Shown here: positions 13,301 through 24,858 of the stretch, one piece after another
How positions within the stretch are numbered: position 1 is the first letter of the stretch
How the letters are laid out: each line of letters starts with the position of its first letter
Notes under the pieces: generated by a model
Seen by the model: the letters and a program-made list of their open reading frames with translations, nothing else
What the model was told of the DNA's origin: nothing
The model's database searches: none
NCBI GenBank assembly: GCA_028023455.1
Contig: JAQFVV010000009.1
Location: forward strand, 11,284,001-11,348,000
DNA: 64,000 bases
Reading direction: 5' to 3'
Source of the DNA: Epiperipatus broadwayi
Lineage: Eukaryota; Animalia; Onychophora
Translations under genes and position numbers: made by a program

Positions 13301-15799
13301 TAATTATAAACTATGTTAAAGTCTAGAGGTGATTACTATAATCATTATTTAAAATTCAAACAAAACAAATTATTATTATTAAATATTTTTTAAACACACT
13401 TGGTTTCTTAGTTCTTAATTCTTTCATAATTATTTTAATGTTAATACTCGCTATCTGTGTTGGCAACCCGAACATATACATATTATTTGACTTAAAAGTA
13501 TTTTAAGTTAATTAATTATCCAATATTAGTGTCAGTTCAGAGGTCTCTAATCCTCACCAACCGTTGAGCTAGTTTCTTGGCGCATAGCATTGTGTCGTTG
13601 ATTTCTACTAATCTGAGCTAGTGAGTTGGGTCTGAATTCAGTTTGGTTCAGCTGATTTTGGATCCGACTTGCATTTAGGTGGTGGTGTTTTTTCGACTGG
13701 TACATGGTATGTTTTGGCTGCCCAATCATTGGAGCTCGATTTAATAAACCCCACACACCCTGTAGATAATAATTATGATCTTAGTTACTCAGTCAATTGA
13801 GATCTCAATAAATTAAATGTTTCAGTAGAAAGTGATATTTTTATAGAATGTTATATATATTTGAAGAAAAGTTATGCGATTTATAACGCATAACTGAAAT
13901 GATTTAATAAATTAAAATGTCATTTTGTAATTTTCTTTCTTATAATTAAATGTTTTCAAGATTATTTTTTTTAAATGCTCAGTCAGTAATAGAATTTGTT
14001 TGTTAAATTCCATAATAGTACTGTTAGTCAGAATAATTAGTTAAATATAGGTATAATTAATTATACGTGTACTATATCAGCATATATACTTTACGTCTGT
14101 TTATACGCGTTTGTGACAGTAGGAAAATTATCGTTAGAAAAGTAGTGAGGGCAGCTCAAAGCAAGGGATAAAATAAATGAAATATTTTGTCTGTGTCAAA
14201 ATTAATTATATTCATCTCAGTTGTTATGATGTAAAATATCCAATATGATATCATGTTAAAATTTTTAATGTCAAAATATTGCTTGCTAGCACATATATTA
14301 AATGTTCGCTCAGTATTCCTAGTAGCCTCAAAGCAGGCAAAGACCTTTAAACTGGGAATTATCTGTCAAGCGGTCCAATGCAGTGTGACAATATGCTCTA
14401 ATGACAGTCTTTTCTAGAGTAACCTCAAAGCAGGTGAAGACCTTTTGTCTAACACCAAGCAGCCAGATACAGTTGGCAAAATGCTTAGATTGTTTACACG
14501 CTTTCATGCTAGCAAGACTCAAAATGATATCAACAAATAAAAGTTCTTGTGTAATATTAATTTTGACATTTTTTTCTGTGTGTGAAAGCCTCATGCTTAG
14601 TGAAAATAATATTTGAACTCCTATATTTAAACTCAGGTCAGGAACACGTTAGTTATTAATAAATAATAAATATTCATCAATCGAATTGTTTGATCAAAAA
14701 TTAAGTCAGTCATATGTGGTTTGTGGGTCAATGGGTTATTTCATTGCCCTATTGATCTCATTTTGCTCACTGGTGCCCATATAAATAAATTTGTCAGCAA
14801 AATCTGATTGTCAGCACAGTAGTGGTTTAGTTGTCTAAATAATAAAAACCAAATGTGTCCTATACAGAGAATTAATTGTACTACCTGCTAATATATATGT
14901 ATATTAATATTTGTATATCACTAATCATTTGTATAGTTTTTTTTTCCAGACATGGGAGAACAGTTGAACAGAGGGAAAGTGAGTAATATTGTTTTTCTTA
15001 TCTTTAATAGTTTTTTTAAATAAAATACATGTCTCATTCAAAGAATTAATAGAAAGAGCTAACCAAGAAAACGTAGGTAAACTAAAACTAAACTAAAAAA
15101 GGCAGATTACATAGATTGGGGAAATAATATGCAGCAGCTAATGAAAATAAGGACAATGGGACCAGTAGTCAGAGACCTAATTAATTGTACTAAAGAAAAA
15201 AGTTATTATTGAAGTATTCAGAGAAAGAATGCCATAAGCTTGTGATTCACATTGTTTATTTATAGTATTTATTTATGTTCCAAAATGGAAAGAGAGTGAT
15301 TAGATAAAGTATTGCCTGATGATAGTGACATGCCTTCAACCACCTCCAGTGAATGAGAGATCACTTTTAAAAATCGGATCAATAGGAAAGAACACAACCA
15401 TCAAAGCAGGAAGACAGCTAAAGAAGATCACAACGATCGGGAGACTTTGCATACGATCCTCAGAGAAATGAGAGAAGACAGAAAGTTAATGCTGATGATG
15501 ATGGAAATGATTTTAAAGCTTGAGGAAACATGAGGGACCCAAACCAACCCAGAGATTGCACAGCATCCTCAAGCAATGGACACTTACAAAGCTCCAAGAG
15601 GAGATGATGATCAGACCACACCAAAAAAAGTTGTGGACAGCAAAGAAGATGACAGTGAAGAAGATGAGTCAAATCAAGAAATGGTGGAAGAAGCTGATTT
15701 AAATACAGACAGGGAAAAGATGTTCAGACCACTAGTAAAATAAAACCAAAAGTAGAAATGGAACAGAAGATAAACCCCGAAATGAGTCTAAGGAACTTG

Positions 15800-16330
15800 C
15801 AGAGACCATCCCTTACATCTTGTGTGGAAATTCAAATTTTTAGGGGAAGCCCAGGAGAAAATCCCATAGATCATATAGACAGCATTAAAGAATTTTTTGT
15901 CTGCACTCTGTAGCAGAAAGGGAAAAGATTATCATAGCCAGCCATTACTTAAGAGACTGCCAAGGCATGGTGGAAGCTATTAAAAGACCCATCTACCATG
16001 ATCCAAGGGTATGAAAACGCCATTTTAAAAAAATATTGGAGTGAAGAAAGTCAGGAGGGTATTTTGCATAGACTGAACACACAGAAATATCAAGAAAACT
16101 GCAGACAGGGATACGCAGCCTACTTCATCCAGCAAGTAACCACATTCAAATCCCTCACAGCCTTCAAATATGAGGACCATCACATCATCCAGATGATCAG
16201 GCATCATTTACCCCCATGGATCCAAAGAATCATGCTTGGGATGTGCCCTATGTCACTAAAAAAGACCATAGACTTTTTGACTGCAATAGACTATGGGAAC
16301 TTGACACCAACCAGAAAAGACCAAGACTAA
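15800..16330 (+). pseudogene. gag: Gypsy-type gag remnant
   Basis: GKPGENPIDHIDSIKEFF...EREKIIIASHYL...AKAWWKLLK...YENAILKKYWSEESQEGILHRLNTQKYQ; homologous pattern to the gag at 2451-2654. Confidence 0.8.
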
Positions 16331-16658
16331 GACCATTATCAAAAGTTAAAACCATATGTGCCACCTGATCCGGGGAAACAATAGGACAACCATTAAATGA
16401 CAGATATATATACAGACGACTGATTGGCATGACCATAGGGAAAATGAGACTTGATTAACGGACCTTATTATAAGCTAGATATTAAAAAAATGATCGCAAT
16501 GAGACATGTATAATTTTGAAGTTTGTATAGATGATATTATTCACGCTCATGCTGTTCTCCCAGAGTCTACCAACTAGCCGAGTACACTTATGCGACTGTA
16601 TTACGTATAAGTAAAGAGATTTTTTTTTCATTGTTTTTTTTTTTGAAGTGAAAAGAAA

Positions 16659-19394
16659 TGAAGCAGTCAGATCTGAGTTTGATCTTAACTTCATGACACC
16701 TAGCCATAAGCCCACTTCAAACTCTAGTACTAACCTTAAATTTCCGATGCAATGGGGCTTTATACATCAATCCACGCTAATTTCCATAAAGAATAACTTA
16801 TTTCATAAATGCGTATTCACATAACTAGTTTCAGATTTAAATTGATTAATTCTATTATTAAATTCATGATAGAATTATTCATGAATTTATATATTATAAC
16901 TATGTGGATTGTGCGTATATATTTGTAAATATTTAAATATATATAATTGTTCGAAAGTTTCATTGCGTCGGGAGTGTTTGATTTTATTTTTAAATAATTT
17001 GTTAAAGTTTTAATGATTAAAAGCTACATTCTTTCGATAAGCTTTCAGATTTTCCCTTTCCAAAAACAATAGTTAAAGTTTTATTAATTAGAAAAAAGAT
17101 AAGGATTTCCTAATTGAAATCATTTTCTGATTTTAAGAATTCATTTTTTAATTAGAAAATGAATTCAAGTTAATGAGTTTGAAAGCCTTATCGAAGGAAT
17201 GTATCTAAAAATAAACCAGTAATTCTAAAAACATTGATAATGAAAGAAGTGCTAGCCTGAAGGCATCAGAGGACAGTATATATAGCTCTGAAAAGTTTGG
17301 AGAAGAGAAGCCATCTTTATTGTAGAGAAGTGCAGTAAACTCAGTGCGTTTTAAATAGTGTTTCGATTATGGTGAAGGGCTAGAACATCAGGAATCTGGC
17401 TACGGTTCCTGAAGCCCTTTGAGAATCTTCAATGAAGCTGCTAAATTCTTTCTGGACAAATCTGGCTGCCAAAATCAAATAAAATGTTGTTCAAGTAATA
17501 AATCAAATGGTGCCTACATTTTACCAACTCGGACGTGTAGCCTAAGGAGCCCAGCCCAGAAGAAATGGGTAATATATTTCTATAATGAACCTTAAACTTT
17601 CTAGTTCCGAGCTTTACTTTACACTTCCTTTAAGAGCTCTTCTCATTTATAATGTAATAATACTCTGTGTAAAACCTTTTATTTATGCTATTTTAACTTT
17701 CATAGTAATTCTCTCAACCTCTAGTCTTTAACTTTCCTTTCTTACATGGCGGTTCATTTATTTTATTATGTATATTTATTGAGTAAATTTATTAATGTTG
17801 TTATTTTTAATTATATGCCAATAATCCTTCAACTCGATGATCTCCTTCATTTTCTGTGCCTTACACAAGTAATATAAACTTAATTCTGAGAGTTAATTCT
17901 CGCCCATTAGAACTAGATTAATACAGTTCTATCAATCATCGAGTCGAAAGAAATTATTAATGTTTGTTATTTTTATAGTTGGCTAATAATAAATTATTAG
18001 CTCTGCTTCTAATGTATGCCTCAGCTATTTTCTCATATTCACCAATGTATATTTATTCATATATAATTTTAAAATGTTTTTTTTGCAAAAGGGCCAATAA
18101 AGGAATCAAATAAATATATTCTAATTCAACTTTGTTATTAAGATTCAGGAAGGGCACGATGATTGGGGCATAATTAATATGATATACAAATACTTTAAAA
18201 TAATGTTAGTTAAAAGCTCATTTGACTTTAATTCATTTGATCAAGTCATCATGTAGAGCATTCTATAATTGGGTTTTATTTTCCAAACAGTGACTATCAA
18301 GTCATCATCTTCAACATTGCTGGTGTAGGGCTATCGTTCGTTTCACATGCTTGTCAATGATAATATTTCTGTTATTTTAAATTATCGAGGAAGAAAGCAC
18401 TTCCTCTCCTGTTCATGTTATCTTTGGAACACCAAAGGTTCGTAGTTACGACTCGGCCTGGCTTTCCATGTTCCACATCTACCTAAAGGGCATAAGACTT
18501 GTCAGATGCAAGCCGCCATGGGACTTCGATTATCGACCAGCTATCGTCTTTCAATTTTATTTTATAGCTCATAATTCGTCAGCACCATTGCCTCTCTGTT
18601 CCAGTAAAGCCCGCTCTGATGCTCGTAATTCGTGACGAAGTTATTTCAATTAAAGTCAAACAAATTCTCAGTTGTCTCAAATTAAATAAGTTTTCCAATA
18701 AAGATTAAAGTTATGCCCTAAAATGCATATCTTGCTCTTCATGAATGGATTTGCGAATGTGAAAATAAATATCACATTCTTTGAAAGTCTATGTCTATGC
18801 CCCCAAGAGTGGCAGTCCTTATTATATGCCAATGAATATTACGCAATATTTGAAAGTCTATGTCTATGCCCCCAACGAGAAATAAAAGGCAGATAAAGGT
18901 ATTCATTAGTAAAGGAAATTATTACTCTAATTTTATATGAAGTATTGTGTAATATTCATTGGCATATAATAAGGACCGCCACTCTTATTATAATTATAAA
19001 CTATGTTAAAGACTAGAGGTGATTAATATAATCATTATTTAAAATTTAAACAAAACAATTTATTATTATTAAATATTTTCTAAACACACTTTGTTTCTTA
19101 GTTCTTAATTCTTTCATAATTATTTTAATGTTAATACTCCCTGTCTGTGTTGGCAACCCGAACATATACATATGATTCGACTTAAAAGTATTTTAAGTTA
19201 ATTAATTATCTGATATTAGTGTCAGTTCAGGGGTCTCTAATCCTCACCAATCGTTGAGCTAGTTTCTTGGCGCACAGCACTGTGCCATCGATTTCTACTA
19301 ATCTGAGCTAGTGAGTTGGGTCTGAATTCAGTTTGGTTCAGCTGAGTTTGGATCCGACTTGCGTTTAGGTGGTGGTGTTTTTTCGACTGGTACA
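16659..19394 (+). repeat. Right terminal direct repeat (LTR-like), 2736 bp
   Basis: Same start and end as the left repeat. Carries an extra inversion/duplication at about 18781-18985 and about 25 bp at 18520-18545 that the left copy lacks. Confidence 0.9.
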
Positions 19395-19464
19395 ATACAT
19401 GTGTAAAAGATAAATAATCTTCAATATATGTATTTCATGCTGAATCAGTACTCATCAGTAGGTC
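19395..19464 (-). ncRNA. Degenerate hammerhead, interrupted at its cleavage triplet
   Basis: GGACCTA CTGATGA GTACT-GATTC-AGCAT GAAA TACAT...ACATGTAT, then the 8.3-kb insertion. Stem II has a mismatch and stem III is broken by CpG decay. Confidence 0.5.
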
Positions 19465-19601
19465 CAGATCACCATCTTTTACATGTATATACAATGAGTG
19501 CTCAGTTTATCTTAAGATAGCAAATCTTTAAACTTTAATACAAACTGATCTTAATATAAACTGAGCACTGACTGTATATATGGATGGAAGATGATGATCA
19601 G

Positions 19602-19677
19602 GACCAACTGATGAGTGCTGATTTAGCATGAAATATGTATATTGGAGATCATTTATTTTTTACACATATATGTGGTC
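19602..19677 (+). ncRNA. Type I hammerhead ribozyme motif (PLE-associated)
   Basis: Stem I GACCA.A/T.G.TGGTC; core CTGATGA (19608-14); stem II GTGCT-GATTT-AGCAT; GAAA (19630-33); stem III TATGT/ACATA; triplet ATA with the scissile bond after 19670. Confidence 0.6.
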
Positions 19678-22248
19678 ATGTGTATCAGTTGTATAAGATA
19701 GATTGGGTACACATAGAGAGTTTAAAGTTCGAGTTCAAGCCATCTAAAAATAACATTGTTTAATATATATATATTGAACCTGTTCATATATGTGTATACG
19801 AAACACCGGTCTCTTAGGCAGAGAAGAACATACTCGGAGAGTATGTATGCCCCAACGATAGCTATAAAATATATAACTAGCGTTACATTTCCAGGACATA
19901 ACTTCTTCTCGGCTGTTGAGTTCAACACCAATTTCAAAGCACCTTTTTTTGTTTGTGTATAAACACGGGCGCCAGCTATCTATTCAAGGATGAATAAATA
20001 ATGCACTTTGAGCAATGGCCACTAACCCAACGCCTAAATCCACGACTAGCTCAGCTGTTTGTAATCACTAATAGATTATACTTAATTAGTGATTAAAAGA
20101 ATTAATAAAAGAATTTGTTAAAAAGAATTGATAAAAAGAATTGACCGACAAATATAGTTTAATTTTAAAGATAATTTATTAACTAACATTTATTTACTAA
20201 ATTTAAACATTTTATAATTCTAATAAAACACACGCATATTTTAAATTAACATTTCTAAATAGTTTAAACATTCCTATAGATTTAATAACAAAACATTCTA
20301 ATTTAACTAATAAATATTGATATAATGACCACGCACATATTATCTCATGCACACACATAATAATGATAATAAAGGACTACATAGCATTTGAAATTTAATC
20401 ACACACATATCAATAGTTCATTTATGTATGATATCGAGTTCATATAATTAGACTCTTGGAGAATTCGCATGAATTAATGAAATGCAATGGCTATTACAGA
20501 ATAAACGAAAATAAGCAAATGTTTTACCTAGGATTTTGAACATAGATTTAACACTTTGTTTTCTTCTTGTTTGTTGTTTCTTCCAGTATGAATGGTTCCA
20601 GTATGAATGCTTCCAGCCAGCTGGGATGTTTCCTTGCTGAGTTTCCTGATTTTCACGATTATTGCTATCGGAGACAAATAGATACTGATGGAGATTTTCT
20701 AAGATGTTAAGCTGACATTATTTCACGGGCAGGTCTGCTGTTTTCTCGGATATCTGGGCTGGAGGTGAACGTGCGTTCCAAAATATTCTCAGCACTGAAT
20801 TTTGTTTCTTAACTGACTCAATTAATTTCCGAACTGCACTCTCTCAATAACTTTGTGAACTGAACTCACTCAATTAATTTGTGGAATGAATACTGTCCGA
20901 TAAAAAAAAGTCTATTTATACCTGCGCCTTGTTGTCTTTCTGATATCTCCGGCAAATATCTGTTGTCGAATTGATAATCATTTGATAAACGTGTTTTGAA
21001 AGATTGCTTAATTAGTAATAGCCATGCAAAAATGTATTGTTTTATATTAATTAATATCTAATAGCCATTGCCATGTTTTTTAATGATAATCTTCTTTAAC
21101 TTTCACATACATTTTATATATTTACAAATGTACATATATACGCACATATATTTTTAATACAATTTACTATTTAGTTTTAACATTATTTTTTCTTTAATTA
21201 AAATTGAATGAAAAGAAATTTGTATGTTTTAACTTTTTCAAATTATATTTTTACGAATACTAACAAAAACTCTTTACTTCCTTTTACAACCCTTAGTTTC
21301 AGTTCTCAAAGCAAGACTCCCCCTCCCCCCTTTTGACTAATCAATTGTAGTTAGTTTTATTTCAAAAACTAACGCTAGAAAACTATTTAATTCTTATTTT
21401 TTTCGAAAACAAGCTGCAATAAATTCTTCAACATTTAATTTTATGTTTTTCTTTTATGAAAGATTACTTTAATAATAATTTTAGATAAAAATTATATGTG
21501 CCTATATCAATATAGGTACAATATATATATATATAATTTTTAAATACTAACATAAATAAAGTTTTCCAAAGGTTTATCAAGATAGCATTGTATTTACAGC
21601 TATATATTGGACTATTTCCATCCTCTAGTTGAATTGATGTGTTTTTTAAAAATCATCTGACTCTGTTTATACTTTACAAATATATCAAGCTTTTAATAAT
21701 GTGACACATCATAGTATAGAATAAAACGTTTTAAATGTTATTACTCTCGTCTCTTACTGGTATGACCAGTGACAATACTAGCATGGGAATTGAACTGATG
21801 ACTTAGATTCATTAATACTGATTTTAAGGTAATGCTGTAATCAACTAGGCTTTCCCACACAAGGCATCAGTTCAATAGAAAATTTAGGTACTTATTTATG
21901 AGGATTACTTTTATTTCTCCATTTTTTTGAAGACAAGATTAATAAATTTTCTAAATATTATGATTTATTACACTAAATTAATGTATGAAGTTGTTTGACA
22001 TTATCGTTTAGTAAATTTATTTAAATCTTCTTTTTTCTATTTGTCTCTGTTCAATATTTTTGTATTTCTCATTTGAGATGCATGTTCATTTGGTAGATGC
22101 ACTTAATAATATTAATATTTTGTAGAAGAACTATCTGTATTGTTATTTCTATTATAGCTTTAAAAATGAAAATGGACGGTAAAATAAAGAAACAAGTTTT
22201 TATTATGTCACTCACTGCATGAGATGGAAATTATTTATTTTATTTGTG

Positions 22249-22272
22249 TATATATATATATATATATATATA
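22249..22272. repeat. (TA)12 microsatellite
   Basis: Read directly. Confidence 0.95.
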
Positions 22273-22299
22273 AGGAGAACAGAACATATTTCCATAAAA

Positions 22300-23741
22300 T
22301 AATGCTAAACAGCATACTAATCGAATTACAGGCATTCCAGATCTACTCAGGAGATTTAGAGATGTGCCAGATTTTTATGCTAAAATGAAGTGGGAATTTA
22401 CAAGTTGGATCCCTCTAGTATTCAGAATGTGTCCAAGTAATACTTATATAAGTTATAAAAGTGGTGTTAATGTTAGGATAGACGTAGCATTATTAGGATT
22501 TGATTAAATTTAATTGGAAATGAGGAAATATAACTTATATTTTTAAGGGACAAGCTTGATTCTGTCTAGTTTATTTGGGGAGCCATGAGAATTTTTCCTG
22601 CTCAGATGACTGATATTTTCATTCATGAAACCCTCTGAGGAGACAGTTTGTGCCAGGTTAACATATCCTATTGTTACCACTTTCATTACACGGAGAGAAT
22701 ATCATTTGAAATAAATAAATATGATATGGGGGGGGGGGGAGTAACATGATAAAACTGAAAATGTAAATGGCTCTGATTGTATAATTTTTAGTGCTAATAA
22801 TGTAGAACTAGTCAAAGTGGCTTATATTAATAATCCATATTCAATCATCTCTGAAGAATATTTTAATATCATGGTGAATCTGCACAGTGCATTAATATTG
22901 GAAGGCTTAAAGAAATGATCAATAAATCTTAAAAATTTAAAGCAACAATATGGCTGGGTGAGACATATCTTTTGTTTTTATATGAGCAAGTTACTCCTAA
23001 CAAAGACATAATGGCAATCAGCAATGCTTATTTTGCTAAACTGTGTGATTTTATTACATTGCATTTACCTTCAAGTTTTCCTGTAAAAATAGAAATTCCC
23101 TTATTTCATGTTCTAGATGCTCATATCATTTTTGGAAATATTTATGGTAATGAGGAATCAGTATCTAATGTAACTCAAATAAGTGATAATGCACATCTAA
23201 TAATGTGTATCGTTGATGAGAATGCACTTGAATTCCTAAGGGGTACGCAAGTCTTGGTGATGCTCATTGACATTTTCATGATAAGGATAATAAACTTTTA
23301 CAGTTTGCAATACTGTAAAATCTTCTGGAGAGTGGCACTGAAGATGATCAGATGACTAAATAGAAATCTTTGACAAATAAATGTGCTGCTTCTTTATGAG
23401 AAAAAGAATGGCTTATGCAGAGACCTGTTCAAGAAAGTTTACTTTCAAACCAGTCATGTGATTTTAATTATCAGATAGTAATGTTGACTCTGCGTGCATA
23501 AATATAATGGCTGAACATCTCAAAATGGTATTAGAGTTATAATATGAAAGAGAAGAAGAGCGAAAACATAAAGAAGAGGAAGAAATGCTAGAAAAAGTTT
23601 TACATTTATCACTTACAAAAAAGTAGTATTCATTTCTAGCTTGATAGGTATAAGGATTATACTTATGAAAATTGTTAGAACTTGATTTCAGTATTTATTG
23701 TGTACAATAAAAGTATGGACTGTATTTAAAACAACAAAAAC
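22300..23741 (+). pseudogene. ANKRD13: Processed pseudogene of an ANKRD13-family gene (GPCR-chaperone domain plus C-terminal UIM-like tail)
   Basis: [36 protein letters not shown]...[10 protein letters not shown]; KFKATIWL; EQV...[35 protein letters not shown]; EEEEMLEKVLHLSLTKK* (TAG 23624-26). No introns; stops and frameshifts; AATAAA near 23707 and an A-rich tail near 23729-41. Confidence 0.92.
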
Positions 23742-24858
23742 CTAAGCTTTTAATTTAAGTCTATTGTTTACAAATTTGGAAAGAAGTATATTTCTTAAGG
23801 TTTTTTTTAAAAAAAGAAGAAAAAAATTGAACATAGTTCTTTTTATATAATATAAAATAATAAAGACTTACAAGACCAAATCTTCCTGTTAAATACATGT
23901 ATAAAATCTAGTCGAAATTATTAATTTGTCAGTTATTGTTCCAAATATAATATCACTTTTTAAAGTATTTTTTGTAGAGTGCAATATTTTGTTTATATAA
24001 GACTTTCACAAATACATGTATTCACAAAGCTTGAAAGAATTTAAAATAAAAACTACGGTTAGAGATAGTTGAAAATCTTATACAATAATCCAGTGAAGCA
24101 TACAAAAAAATGTGTCTAAAGTTGTATTGTTTAAGTTTTTAGGAGAATAATTGCTATAAATTAGAAATCTGTAATAATTTATATGGATTATTGATCTAAA
24201 AAAAGAAGTGAATCATATTTATAGTGTATTTTTGCCCTCCCCCCTTTTTTTATTAAAATTATTGTATCATTAAAGATATATAATAATATAGTTTCGAATA
24301 CTTAAGCTTTATCTTACTCATCTTATTTGTGTTTTATATCTTCATGGATTTTTTAATATAGCTAGTAAGAAAAGAAAGTTTAAAAAAAAAAAGTGTAATA
24401 TTTTTATCTAATAAAAGTATAATGTTTAATGTTTTTTTTACAAAGTATAAAATTAGCAGCTGCTATATATTTTTAAAAATTTTATATTCTCAATATAATA
24501 ATAAAAATATAATCTTAGATGATTAATGTTCATCATAGTTTACAATTTATAATTTTAAATAAAAATTATTAAGCATCAACTATATATATATATATATAAA
24601 GATATGTTACATTATTTCAAATAATTTTGCATGTATAATCATATTCAGAATAATAGCATTGACCCATTCTCTATTAACTCATTGTTAACTAAGCTATTAG
24701 ATAATATATATTTTTGAATTATAACATCTAATATTTAATTTTGAAAAATTATATAGAGAGCATTTCAATGCTTTTAGTCACAATATTATAAGTTACAACT
24801 CTTTACTATAATAAATTATATACCTATTTCATTATATATACTTCTTAAATTTTTTTAG

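Larger units (their letters stand above)
11057..13704 (+). repeat. Left terminal direct repeat (LTR-like), 2648 bp
   Basis: TGAAGCAGT...CGACTGGTACA, collinear with 16659-19394. Termini are imperfect inverted repeats (TGAAGCAGT vs TGTACCAGT, 7/9). Confidence 0.9.
11057..19394 (+). mobile_element. 8338-bp LTR-like composite insertion (giant direct repeats plus gag remnant; no pol seen)
   Basis: TG at 11057 and CA at 19394. ATAC is duplicated at 11053-11056 and 19395-19398. Direct repeats at 11057-13704 and 16659-19394. TGG follows the first repeat; purine tract GAAGTGAAAAGAAA (16645-16658) precedes the second; sense gag lies inside. Confidence 0.8.
19395..19705. mobile_element. PLE-derived inverted repeat: two hammerhead-bearing arms (19395-~19520 on -, ~19547-19705 on +)
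   Basis: About 125 bp of the left arm reverse-complements the right arm. Both contain CTGATGAG-stem-GAAA. Confidence 0.8.

Noticed and set aside
21760-21870. tRNA-derived SINE heads on the minus strand (also ~57240-57310)
   Set aside because: Only partial A/B-box resemblance and no second copy to confirm.
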